64,000 nucleotides of DNA, taken from contig CAXXLV010000002.1 of NCBI GenBank assembly GCA_963664305.2, positions 896,001-960,000 on the forward strand, read 5' to 3'. The position numbers and the translations under genes were made by a program. The first letter of the stretch is position 1; each line of letters begins with the position of its first letter. Of the stretch, positions 21,471 through 31,311 are shown piece after piece. Origin of the DNA: an uncultured Aliarcobacter sp. (lineage in GTDB: Bacteria; Campylobacterota; Campylobacteria; Campylobacterales; Arcobacteraceae). The notes beneath the pieces are model-generated. The model saw only the letters and a program-made list of their open reading frames with translations, ran no database searches and had not been told where the DNA came from.

Positions 21471-21961
21471 ATTTTTTGTCCGTAAGTTTTTAAAGGTCTT
21501 GGATAGCCAATATTATGTTTTACACTATTCCAGCCAATTTGTTCAAAATTTCCACCATAAATTGGGTCACTAAACATAGCTTCAACACCATAATATGTAA
21601 GTTTTGAAATCCATGATTTTGCATACGAGCTATTTTTTATTATTCTAAAAATCAACTCTTTTTTTTCATCTTCTTTTAAAGTTAAAAACTCTGGAAAACT
21701 CTCACTAAAATCTTTTGTTCCATCGACAATCAAAATCTTGTCATCATCATTAAAAGTTTTATGTGAAATATTTTGAACTAAATAATTTAAAGCTTTAAAC
21801 TCTTTTGCACTTGACATTGTTGAAGTTTTTGGGAAAATAATATTAAAAATTTCATCTAAGATTATTAAATTTTCTTTTGAAATAGTTCTTGCAACTACAA
21901 CATTTGATGAGAATAAAAGCGCTAAAGTAACACTAAATTTTATAAAGTTTCTTCTTTTCAT
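21467..21961 (-). CDS. Gluconate 2-dehydrogenase subunit 3 family protein with Tat signal
   Basis: MKRRNFIK twin-arginine motif; EAMFSDPIYGGN...GW motif. Confidence 0.88.
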   Translation of the reverse strand: MKRRNFIKFSVTLALLFSSNVVVARTISKENLIILDEIFNIIFPKTSTMSSAKEFKALNYLVQNISHKTFNDDDKILIVDGTKDFSESFPEFLTLKEDEKKELIFRIIKNSSYAKSWISKLTYYGVEAMFSDPIYGGNFEQIGWNSVKHNIGYPRPLKTYGQKI

Positions 21962-22018
21962 AAAAAAAGTATAACTAAAAAAATGTGTAGATAATATGTA
22001 GATATGTTATACTTTTGT

Positions 22019-23713
22019 ATGATAGTTTCAAATAACACTTTATTAAATATACTTTTACCAAATGATAATAAGGTTTTAAAAGATGTTCTAAAAGAGGCTG
22101 ATACAAAAAGCTTGGAACAGATGATTAAAAACAATTCAACATCAGTAAATGATGTATTGAAAGAATTATTTGACAATATAAAAAATGGAACGAAATCAAA
22201 CACAACTATTGAAAATATTTTAAAAAACTCAAATATTTTTAAAGATTTAGGTAATGTTTCAAACAACTTATCAAATTTACTTGAAAATATTTCAGGAGAT
22301 GAAAACTTACAAAAATTCAAACCTTTAATTGAAAATTTTCTAAAAAATATAAAAGATATGGATGCAAACACTTTAAAAGAACAGTTGAAAAATTCAGGTG
22401 TTTTTTTAGAAGCTAAACTTTCTTTAAATACAAATAATAAAGTTGAAAATATATTAACTCAAATCCAAAATTTAGTAAAAGATTTAAATACTCCTCAAGC
22501 AAAACAAGTAAATGAACTTTTAAATAAACTTTTACAAACACCAATAACAACTCAAAATACAACAAATAACCAAGAGTTTACAAATAATCTAAAATCTTTA
22601 ACAACTGCTTTACAAAATTTAAATAATTCTTTAACACCAAATCAAACACAAAATTTGTCAAATCTTACAACTCAGTTAAAAGATTTTATAAATAGTGGTA
22701 GTTTAGTTGAATCAAAAATAGAAAATACAACATTAAACACAAATCAAACTACTACAACAACACAAAATAATACAACTTCTCAAAATATACCTTTAAAAGA
22801 GACAACAGCTCCTTTGCAAAATCTACAACTAAGAGATAATATAAATGTGCAAACAAAAGAGTTATTAGTTCAAATAAAAAATGAAATAATTCAAAATCCA
22901 GTTTTACAAAATAAAAATCTTTTACCAATGATTGATAATCTTTTAAAAATGGATAATCTATTTTTAAAAGCTGAAAATGTACAAAATATTCTTTCATCAA
23001 ATAATTTAACTACTTTTTCAAATAACTTTGCATCAAACTTAACTCCTCTTTTGAATAATTTAAAAGAAAACTTAGAAAATCTAAATCCACATAATTCAAA
23101 TATTCAAAATCATCTGACAAAGTTGGTTGATAAGGTTGAACATCTAATTCAAGATATGATAAATAATCCAAAAAGTGAAACAAAAGTAAGTGATGATATG
23201 AAATCTGTTTTATTACAAATGCAAGATGAATTAGCTTCTAAAACTGACCCAAAATCACAAGACTTAGCAAAACAGGTGGATAAATTATTAACTCAAATTG
23301 AGTATCAACAACTAACTTCTTTAACATCTAATTCAAACTATGTTTATCTTCCATTCTTTTGGGAAATGTTAGAAGATGGAAATATAAGTATGAAAAAAAC
23401 AGAAGAAGAAAAGTTTTTCTGTCAAATAAATCTAACTTTGAAAGATTTTGGTAAAGTTGATTTAATGCTTGCTTTATATGATAAAAATAAACTTGATTTG
23501 ACAGTTTATGCACAAAGAGAGCATTTCAAAGTTGCAATTAGAGATAACATGCAAAAACTAAAAATTGCACTTAATGGTGTAGATTTAATTCCTGTAAATA
23601 TTAAACTTCTTGATATGAAAGAGGATAATAAAGAAGAAAATAAACCAACACAAGTTTATATGAACAATGCCTATAATCAGAATATTAGTTCAGGTATCGA
23701 TATAAGAGTATAA
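22019..23713 (+). CDS. Flagellar hook-length control protein FliK-like
   Basis: N/Q/T-rich body, SGVFLEAKL, C-terminal CQINLTLKDFGKV domain; adjacent to an FlhB-like gene. Start placed at ATG 22019 (track gives 22004). Confidence 0.75.
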   Translation: MIVSNNTLLNILLPNDNKVLKDVLKEADTKSLEQMIKNNSTSVNDVLKELFDNIKNGTKSNTTIENILKNSNIFKDLGNVSNNLSNLLENISGDENLQKFKPLIENFLKNIKDMDANTLKEQLKNSGVFLEAKLSLNTNNKVENILTQIQNLVKDLNTPQAKQVNELLNKLLQTPITTQNTTNNQEFTNNLKSLTTALQNLNNSLTPNQTQNLSNLTTQLKDFINSGSLVESKIENTTLNTNQTTTTTQNNTTSQNIPLKETTAPLQNLQLRDNINVQTKELLVQIKNEIIQNPVLQNKNLLPMIDNLLKMDNLFLKAENVQNILSSNNLTTFSNNFASNLTPLLNNLKENLENLNPHNSNIQNHLTKLVDKVEHLIQDMINNPKSETKVSDDMKSVLLQMQDELASKTDPKSQDLAKQVDKLLTQIEYQQLTSLTSNSNYVYLPFFWEMLEDGNISMKKTEEEKFFCQINLTLKDFGKVDLMLALYDKNKLDLTVYAQREHFKVAIRDNMQKLKIALNGVDLIPVNIKLLDMKEDNKEENKPTQVYMNNAYNQNISSGIDIRV

Positions 23714-23714
23714 A

Positions 23715-24038
23715 ATGCAAGAAAATATAAATAAAAATTTAACTCAAAAAGCTGTTGCACTTAAATATGATATAGAAAAAGATAATGCTCCAAAAGTAAC
23801 TGCAAAAGGAAAAGGTGAAACAGCATCAAATATCATAAAAATTGCAAAAGAAAATAATATACCAATAAAAAAAGATGAAGATTTGATTGAACTTTTATCT
23901 CAAATTGATATTGATAAAGAGATTCCAAGTTCAATGTATAGAGCTGTTGCTGAGATATTTTCTTTCATTTATGATTTATCAAATAACAAAAATGATATTG
24001 ATGAAAAACTAAAAGATAAAACGCAAAATAAACTTTGA
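23715..24038 (+). CDS. Stand-alone FlhB C-terminal domain protein (FlhX/EscU-YscU-like)
   Basis: KAVALKY...APKVTAKG...IIKIAKENNIPI...EIP..MYRAVAEI. Confidence 0.9.
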   Translation: MQENINKNLTQKAVALKYDIEKDNAPKVTAKGKGETASNIIKIAKENNIPIKKDEDLIELLSQIDIDKEIPSSMYRAVAEIFSFIYDLSNNKNDIDEKLKDKTQNKL

Positions 24039-24099
24039 GATTTGTATAAGAGTTTTTATAATATAATCCTGACTCAATCAAAACTAAAGCACAAATTAT

Positions 24100-24540
24100 A
24101 TGACAAGAAACAATTTAGATAATCCACTTTTTTTATTTATTGTATTAGTTATTGCAATTACTATGAATACAATTGCTTCTATACACTTTTTATTAATTAT
24201 GCTTGCTGGTGTTATATTTACCGCCTTTTATAGGTCTTTACGAAAAAGATATTTATATTCACTTGCTTTAGTTATTTTGGCTTTTTTATTTATTGAAGTT
24301 AATAGTGGTTTAAAACCTTTTTCATTAAGCCTTTTGTCACTATTTATATATATTTTTATTCTTCCAAAAGTTGATAATTCAACTTCATTTAATCTAATAA
24401 ACAGCTACATATATATTATATTTTTTTATATAGGTTTGACGATTATGTGGGCTTTATCATTTGGAATGGATGAAAGAATATTTTTATCTTTAGTTGTAAA
24501 TTTAATAATAGATTTAATATTTTTTGGAGTATTTCTTTGA
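24100..24540 (+). CDS. Membrane protein, probable divergent MreD
   Basis: 146-aa hydrophobic ORF overlapping the mrdA start; MreD call is positional. Confidence 0.55.
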   Translation: MTRNNLDNPLFLFIVLVIAITMNTIASIHFLLIMLAGVIFTAFYRSLRKRYLYSLALVILAFLFIEVNSGLKPFSLSLLSLFIYIFILPKVDNSTSFNLINSYIYIIFFYIGLTIMWALSFGMDERIFLSLVVNLIIDLIFFGVFL

Positions 24541-26339
24541 ACATAAGATTGAATATTGTTTTTTTAATTATTTTAGGTATAGGAATTACTCTACTTTCAA
24601 GAGTATATTTTTTAAGTATAAAATCAAATACTTATTATGAAGAATTATCGAAAAATAATTATATTAGTAGAGTAAACAAAATTCCTATTCGTGGAGTTAT
24701 TGAAGATAGGAATGGTGAAAAACTTGCCATCAATGAAATGGGTTTTTCTGTTTTAGTAAGACCTCATTTAAGTTCTTATAAAAATAAAGAACATTTAGAA
24801 AAAATCATTGATACAATAGTAAAATATCTTCCTGAATATGAAAAAGATAAATTAATCAAAGAATACAAAAAAAATGATTCATCTTATAATCATAATTATA
24901 TTGAAGTTATTGATTATATTCCTTATGATGAATTTTTTCCAAAATATACAATCTTAGCGTCACAAGATGACATAAAAATTGAATCTTCATCAAAAAGAGC
25001 TTATCCTCAAAAAGAAGTTGCATCACATATTATTGGATATGTAGGGAAAGCTTCAAAACTTGATATTTTAAATAATGAATTATCTACTTACAATGGTATC
25101 ATTGGAAAAAATGGTTTAGAAAAAGTTTATAACTCAAAACTGCAAGGTGAAATGGGTTTTAAAGATGTAAAAGTTAATGCCTTAAATAAAGAGATAGAAG
25201 TTCTTTACGAAAAAGAAGCTTCAATTGATAATAATATTCGAATTTCTCTTGATGTAAAACTACAAAAATATATTCAAGAAATATTCACAGGAAAAAGTGG
25301 TGCTGTAATTGTTATGGATGCTAGAAATGGAGAGATGTTAGCAGCAGCATCTTTCCCTGAGTTCGATAATAACATCTTTGCAAGAGGTATTTCTGTAAAA
25401 GAGTGGAATGAAATGAGAAATGATTTTAATCATCCTTTTACAAATAAAATCATAAATGGTTTATATCCTCCTGGTTCTGTTATAAAAATGGGAGTTGGAT
25501 TATCATTTTTAGAAAATGGTATTGGTGAAAACTATACGGTTAATTGTAGTGGTTCACTACCTATTGGAAATAGAAATTTTAGATGTTGGAAATCAACTGG
25601 ACATGGAAGTGTAAATTTTAGAAAAGCAATTGCCGAAAGTTGTGATGACTTCTTTTACAAAGGAAGTTTAAAAATGGGAATAAATAAAATTTCTCACACT
25701 TTAGACAAATTAGGATTTGGACAATTAACTGGAATTGATCAAATAAATGAGTTTGTAGGAGTAAATCCAAATAAAGAGTGGAAAGAAAAAAGATTTAATC
25801 AACCTTGGTATGTTGGAGAAACTGTTATTACATCAATTGGTCAAGGAAATATGCTTGTAACACCATTACAAGTAGCAAGATATACAGCATATATAGCAAC
25901 AGGAAAACTTCCAAAACCACACTTTTTTAAAGCAAATTATGAAGAACCAAAAGAACTTGATATTCCAACTAGATATTTAGATATTATGAGAAAAGGTATG
26001 TATGATGTTTCTTATGCTACAAAAGGAACTGCAAGTAGACATATAAATTCAAAAATTGCAATTGCCTCTAAAACAGGAACTGCACAAGTTGTATCTATTC
26101 CCCAATCTGAAAAAGTTAGGATGAAAGAGAGTGAACTAAAATATTTCCAAAGATCTCATGCTTGGATTACAACTTATGGACCTTTTGAAAATCCACAATA
26201 TGTTGTTACTTTAATTGAAGAGCATGGAGGACATGGAGGAGAAGCTGGAGGAGATATCGCTAGTAAAATCTATGATAAATTATATGATTTAGGATATATA
26301 ACTCTTCCTAACCAAAATCAAACACAAACTCAAAAATGA
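24537..26339 (+). CDS. mrdA: Penicillin-binding protein 2
   Basis: RGVIEDRNG, YPPGSVIK (SxxK), SCD, KTGTAQV. Confidence 0.95.
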   Translation: MNIRLNIVFLIILGIGITLLSRVYFLSIKSNTYYEELSKNNYISRVNKIPIRGVIEDRNGEKLAINEMGFSVLVRPHLSSYKNKEHLEKIIDTIVKYLPEYEKDKLIKEYKKNDSSYNHNYIEVIDYIPYDEFFPKYTILASQDDIKIESSSKRAYPQKEVASHIIGYVGKASKLDILNNELSTYNGIIGKNGLEKVYNSKLQGEMGFKDVKVNALNKEIEVLYEKEASIDNNIRISLDVKLQKYIQEIFTGKSGAVIVMDARNGEMLAAASFPEFDNNIFARGISVKEWNEMRNDFNHPFTNKIINGLYPPGSVIKMGVGLSFLENGIGENYTVNCSGSLPIGNRNFRCWKSTGHGSVNFRKAIAESCDDFFYKGSLKMGINKISHTLDKLGFGQLTGIDQINEFVGVNPNKEWKEKRFNQPWYVGETVITSIGQGNMLVTPLQVARYTAYIATGKLPKPHFFKANYEEPKELDIPTRYLDIMRKGMYDVSYATKGTASRHINSKIAIASKTGTAQVVSIPQSEKVRMKESELKYFQRSHAWITTYGPFENPQYVVTLIEEHGGHGGEAGGDIASKIYDKLYDLGYITLPNQNQTQTQK

Positions 26340-26394
26340 TAACATTAAAGCTTTTTTTGATAATATTGGCTTCATTTTTTAAATAGGATTTTTT

Positions 26395-27123
26395 TTGAAA
26401 ATTATTATTTCGTTTTTGCTTTTTTCTATTTTCGCTTTTGCAGAAGATACAGCACCTATTGTAAATCTTTCTGTTGCAGCATTAAATGAACCAGCGCAAT
26501 TTGTTAAAACTATAAATATCGCTATTATTTTGACTTTAATGGTGCTTGCACCAACACTAATACTTATGGTTACATCTTTTACAAGAATTGTAATTGTATT
26601 TTCCCTTTTAAAACAAGCTATGGGTTTACAACAAACTCCGCCTTCTCAAGTTATAATTTCATTATCATTAATTTTAACAATTTTTATTATGGAACCTTAT
26701 GCAAAACAAGCTTGGAAAGACGGTGTTGTTCCATATATGGATGAAAAAATTGGATATGAAGAGGCTTTTGAAAAAGGGGTAAAACCTTTTAAAGAGTTTA
26801 TGATAAAAAATACTAGAGAAGCTGATTTAGCACTATTTTATAGAATAAAAAAAGAGCCAAATCCAAAAAGTATAGATGATGTACCATTAACTCTTTTAAT
26901 GCCTGCATTTATCGTAAGTGAATTAAGAACTGCATTTGAAATTGGATTTTTAATATTTTTACCTTTTTTAGTTATTGATATTATTGTTGCTTCAATTTTA
27001 ATGAGTTTAGGTATGATGATGTTACCACCTGTTATGATTTCCCTCCCAATAAAGATTATCTTTTTTATAGTAATTGATGGATGGCAATTAATAATTGGAA
27101 ATTTGGCACAATCCTTTAAATGA
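26395..27123 (+). CDS. fliP: Flagellar export pore protein FliP
   Basis: TSFTRI, QQTPP, PAFIVSELRTAFEIGF, LGMMMLPP. Confidence 0.96.
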   Translation: MKIIISFLLFSIFAFAEDTAPIVNLSVAALNEPAQFVKTINIAIILTLMVLAPTLILMVTSFTRIVIVFSLLKQAMGLQQTPPSQVIISLSLILTIFIMEPYAKQAWKDGVVPYMDEKIGYEEAFEKGVKPFKEFMIKNTREADLALFYRIKKEPNPKSIDDVPLTLLMPAFIVSELRTAFEIGFLIFLPFLVIDIIVASILMSLGMMMLPPVMISLPIKIIFFIVIDGWQLIIGNLAQSFK

Positions 27124-27211
27124 CGAAATTCTCTTACTTGACAAAATATCTCTTTATAATCAATCACATTTTATGTATCATTAGATATAAATAAATAAAA
27201 GATTTAATTAA

Positions 27212-29518
27212 ATGAATATAGAAGAACAAAGACTACATGCAAAAGAAAATGCTTTAAATGAACAATATGCGATAATCTCATTTAAAACTGATGGAACTAT
27301 TCTAGATTGTAATGATAAATTTTTAGAATTATTCAATTATGAAAGAAATGAAATTCTAGGTAAACATCATAAAATTTTTTGTGATAAAAATTATGTATTA
27401 ACAGATGAATATAAAAAGTTTTGGTTCGATTTGGTAAATGGAACTGTACAACAAGGTGAATTTAGAAGAATTAAAAAAAATGCAGAAGATATTTTTATCT
27501 TTGCTTCATATAAACCTTTAATCAATGAAAAAGGTGAGATTTTTGAGATTCTAAAATTTGCACAAGATATAACTTCAAAAAAACTTGAAAATCTAAACTA
27601 TCAACAACAAATAGTAGCTGTTAACAAATCTCTTGCCGTAATCGAGTTTGATATCAATGGATATATTTTAAGAGCTAATGATAATTTTTTAAATATTATG
27701 AATTACAAATTAGAAGATATTTTAGGAAAGCATCATAGTATTTTTATTGAAGATGATTATAAAAAATCTATTGAATATACAAATTTTTGGGAAACGTTAA
27801 AAAGTGGTAAATTTGATAGTGCAGAATATCTAAGATTAGCAAATAACAATAGAAGAGTTTGGATTAGAGCAACATATAATCCTATTTTTGATTTAGACAA
27901 TAATGTAATAAAAATTGTTAAATTCGCTCAAGATGTAACAAATGAAAAACTTTCAAGTTTATATCATTCTGGTCAATTAGAAGCTATAAATAAATCTCAA
28001 GCTGTTATAGAATTTGATTTAAATGGAAATATTTTAAATGTAAATGAACTATTTTTAAAAGCAGTTGGATATGAAAAAAATGAAATCATGGGAAAACATC
28101 ATAGTATTTTTCTTGATGAAAAATATAAGAATTCTCAAGAATATAAAGATTTCTGGAAAAAGTTAAGAACGGGTGAATATCAAGCAGGAAAGTTTTTAAG
28201 ATATGGTAAAAACGACAATGAAGTTTGGATTCAAGCCACATATACACCAATACTTGATATTGATAAAAAACCTGTAAAAATTGTTAAATTTGCTCAAGAT
28301 ATAACTGAATTAGAAAACATAAAAAAAGATAATTTAACAAATTTAGGTAGTAGAGAAAAACTAATTAACGATATCAAAAAGAGTGATTTAAATAATCTAG
28401 CAATTATTGATATAAATAATTTTTCACTAATAAACGATTTTTATGGTTATGAAATTGGTGATGATTTGATTATCAAATTTTCAGAAGTCTTAAAAAAATA
28501 TTTTACAAATGATTTCCAATTATACAGAGTATATGGAGATAAATTTGCAGTTTATAATCCAACAATAGAACATATTGATTTTGTCTATTATTTACAAAAT
28601 ATTATGAATAAAATATTTGAATTAACAATAAAGTTAGATGATAAAGTATTTTCTTTTAGTATTACTTGTGGTATATCTTTTGAAGATAATGAACATATAC
28701 TTAATACATCAGAAATAATCAACAAAGTTGCAAAAAAACAAGGACTAAATCTTATGATTTATTCTAAAGAACTTGCTTTAGAAGATGAATTTGAAAGAAA
28801 TATACTTTGGACAGAAAAGATTAAAAAAGCTATAAAAGATGATAGAATAATCCCTTATTATCAACCTATTTTCAATAATAAAACTAATAAAATTGAAAAA
28901 TATGAAGCATTAGTTAGATTGATTGATGAAGATGGAAAAATCATTTCTCCATACTTCTTTTTAGATATTGCAAAAAAATCAAAACAATATTTAAATATTA
29001 CAAAAATTGTAATTCAAAAAGTTTTTGAAAAATTCCAACATGAAGATTATGAGTTTTCAATCAATTTAACAGTTGAAGATATAACTGACCAAAATTTACA
29101 AGAATTTTTATTTCAAAAAATCGAAGAATTTAATATAACAAATAAACTAGTAATAGAATTAGTTGAATCTGAACATATCGTTTCATATGAGCCTATTTAT
29201 GAATTTATAAATAAAATCAAAAAAATTGGTTGTAAGCTAGCAATTGATGATTTTGGAAGTGGTTATAGTAATTTTGAATATCTTGTAAAAATAAATGCTG
29301 ATTATGTAAAAATAGATGGAAGTATCATAAAACAAATTGTTACAGATGAAAACTCACTTGAAATTGTAAAATCAATTATCTCTTTTTGTAAAAAAATGAA
29401 TATTAAAACAATTGCTGAGTTCATATCTGATGAAAAACTTTTTGAAAAAGTTAAAGAATTAGATATTGATTATTCACAAGGTTTTTATATATCTGAACCA
29501 AAAGAAAATTTAAATTAG
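27212..29518 (+). CDS. Cytoplasmic 3xPAS - degenerate GGDEF - EAL protein (c-di-GMP phosphodiesterase)
   Basis: Three repeats with GKHH(K/S)IF and KFAQD; YGDKF in place of GGDEF; YEALVR and DDFGSGYS. Confidence 0.92.
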   Translation: MNIEEQRLHAKENALNEQYAIISFKTDGTILDCNDKFLELFNYERNEILGKHHKIFCDKNYVLTDEYKKFWFDLVNGTVQQGEFRRIKKNAEDIFIFASYKPLINEKGEIFEILKFAQDITSKKLENLNYQQQIVAVNKSLAVIEFDINGYILRANDNFLNIMNYKLEDILGKHHSIFIEDDYKKSIEYTNFWETLKSGKFDSAEYLRLANNNRRVWIRATYNPIFDLDNNVIKIVKFAQDVTNEKLSSLYHSGQLEAINKSQAVIEFDLNGNILNVNELFLKAVGYEKNEIMGKHHSIFLDEKYKNSQEYKDFWKKLRTGEYQAGKFLRYGKNDNEVWIQATYTPILDIDKKPVKIVKFAQDITELENIKKDNLTNLGSREKLINDIKKSDLNNLAIIDINNFSLINDFYGYEIGDDLIIKFSEVLKKYFTNDFQLYRVYGDKFAVYNPTIEHIDFVYYLQNIMNKIFELTIKLDDKVFSFSITCGISFEDNEHILNTSEIINKVAKKQGLNLMIYSKELALEDEFERNILWTEKIKKAIKDDRIIPYYQPIFNNKTNKIEKYEALVRLIDEDGKIISPYFFLDIAKKSKQYLNITKIVIQKVFEKFQHEDYEFSINLTVEDITDQNLQEFLFQKIEEFNITNKLVIELVESEHIVSYEPIYEFINKIKKIGCKLAIDDFGSGYSNFEYLVKINADYVKIDGSIIKQIVTDENSLEIVKSIISFCKKMNIKTIAEFISDEKLFEKVKELDIDYSQGFYISEPKENLN

Positions 29519-31303
29519 TGGCAAAATAATTTTAAAATTTGCACCTATATAATTTTTTTCTTTAAAAGCAAAAGTTTTATTAGAAACACTTAATTCACCT
29601 TTTGCTTTTGTTACAATAATTTTTGACATATATAAACCAATACCTGTTCCTTTTGATTCATCTTTTGTTGTAAAGTGACTATCAAAAATTTTATCCATAA
29701 TCTCTTCTTTTATTCCACCAGCATTATCTAAAAACTCAATTACTACCCTATTTTCTTCAACTTTTCCATTGATTTTTATAATTCTTGTTTCATCAACAAT
29801 ATTTTCTAATGAATCAATCGCATTGTTTAAAATATTCATATAAACTTGAATAAGTTCATTTTCATAACCTAAAATCAATATATCATCAATATTTTTTACA
29901 ACAATTATGTTATTTCTCATCAATTTAGAGGAAATTAATACTAATGTTTTTTCAATAGAATTTTTAATATTAAACTCTCTTTTTTCTAACTTATCATTAT
30001 AAAAATTTCTAAAATCATCTATTGTTTTTGACATATATTTAACAGAATTTGTTATGTTATTAAGTCCATCTTTCAAGAAGTCATCTGTTAATAAATTTAG
30101 CTCTTTATTTAAAAGTATTCCAGAAGTTAATGTAGTAATAATTGATAACGGTTGTTTCCACTGATGTGCTATATTTTCTAACATTTCTCCCATTGCAGCA
30201 AGTTTTGATTGTTGTAATAATATTTGCTGATTAATTTCAAGCTGATTTTCTATCTCTTTTTGTTTTGTTGTATCTAAAAAAGATGCTACATAATAAATTA
30301 CCTCATTTTTATCATCAAGAACTGATTGGATAATTAAATGTTCATTTATGATAGAGCCATCTTTTCTTAAATTTGTAATTTCACCCATCCAAAAATTATT
30401 CTTTTTTAATGAACAAAACATATTTTTGTAAAAATCTCTATTATGTAATCCAGATTTTAATATTATTGGCGTTTTTCCTATCACTTCATCTGGTCTATAA
30501 CCTGTTATTTTAGAAAATGATTTATTTACTTGTAGAATTTTTTGATTAGAATCGGTAATTATCATTCCACTTTGTGTTTCAAAAGCAACTGATGCAACTT
30601 TTAAAATATAATAAGAGTTTTCAATTCTTTCCAACATTGTATTAACTTCTTGATACAACTTACCAAATTCATTTTTTTCTGTAGTAGTTACTCTTTTACT
30701 TAAAGATTCTGTTTTATCAATTCTTTCCAAAAATGATACAAGTTTTAAAACTGGTTCAGTAAATTTTGTTGCAAATGTTTTTGCAAGAATAAATGAAACT
30801 CCTAAAACATACATAAAAATTAGAATAATTACAAAAATATCTTTTTTTACAATATCACTTAAAGACTCAACTTTAAATTCAAAAAAAACAACTCCCAAAT
30901 CCGTATCTTGATATGTTGCTTTATGAAAAATTGTGATTAAATTACCATCTTTTGAATTTTGTTCTATTGCATTAAAATCGATTTTTGGAACATCAAAACT
31001 TTTGTTTTCAATGTTATATTGCAAAATCGCCTTCCCATCTTTTTTATATAAAACCAGTTTTTGAAGATTTGTAAAAGATTTTAATTGAGTTGAAATATCA
31101 GCTGCAGCAGATACATCATCTAAAAGTATAAGTTTACCTACATCTTGAGAAATAACAATACCAATTGTATTTGATAATTCTATTGTTTTTTTATATTGTT
31201 CATTCATATACCAAGAAACAAATCCAATATATCCAATAGCACTAGTAATCGTTGTTACAGCTAAAATTATAAAAGTTAATTTACTCTTTATAGAACCTTT
31301 CAT
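29510..31303 (-). CDS. Membrane sensor histidine kinase (periplasmic sensor-HAMP-PAS-HisKA-HATPase)
   Basis: Two TM segments; IAHQWKQPL H-box, NILNNAID, DNAGGI, GTGIGLY. Confidence 0.93.
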   Translation of the reverse strand: MKGSIKSKLTFIILAVTTITSAIGYIGFVSWYMNEQYKKTIELSNTIGIVISQDVGKLILLDDVSAAADISTQLKSFTNLQKLVLYKKDGKAILQYNIENKSFDVPKIDFNAIEQNSKDGNLITIFHKATYQDTDLGVVFFEFKVESLSDIVKKDIFVIILIFMYVLGVSFILAKTFATKFTEPVLKLVSFLERIDKTESLSKRVTTTEKNEFGKLYQEVNTMLERIENSYYILKVASVAFETQSGMIITDSNQKILQVNKSFSKITGYRPDEVIGKTPIILKSGLHNRDFYKNMFCSLKKNNFWMGEITNLRKDGSIINEHLIIQSVLDDKNEVIYYVASFLDTTKQKEIENQLEINQQILLQQSKLAAMGEMLENIAHQWKQPLSIITTLTSGILLNKELNLLTDDFLKDGLNNITNSVKYMSKTIDDFRNFYNDKLEKREFNIKNSIEKTLVLISSKLMRNNIIVVKNIDDILILGYENELIQVYMNILNNAIDSLENIVDETRIIKINGKVEENRVVIEFLDNAGGIKEEIMDKIFDSHFTTKDESKGTGIGLYMSKIIVTKAKGELSVSNKTFAFKEKNYIGANFKIILPLI

Positions 31304-31311
31304 TAAAAAAA

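Noticed and set aside
22540..22790. ACA/AAT-rich stretch in the fliK-like gene as a DNA repeat
   Set aside because: It is explained by low-complexity Thr/Asn/Gln coding and has no exact tandem unit.
27138..27160. TTGACA...TATAAT upstream of the PAS-EAL gene
   Set aside because: The spacer is only 11 nt, so it is not a canonical -35/-10 pair; the -10 alone may still be real.
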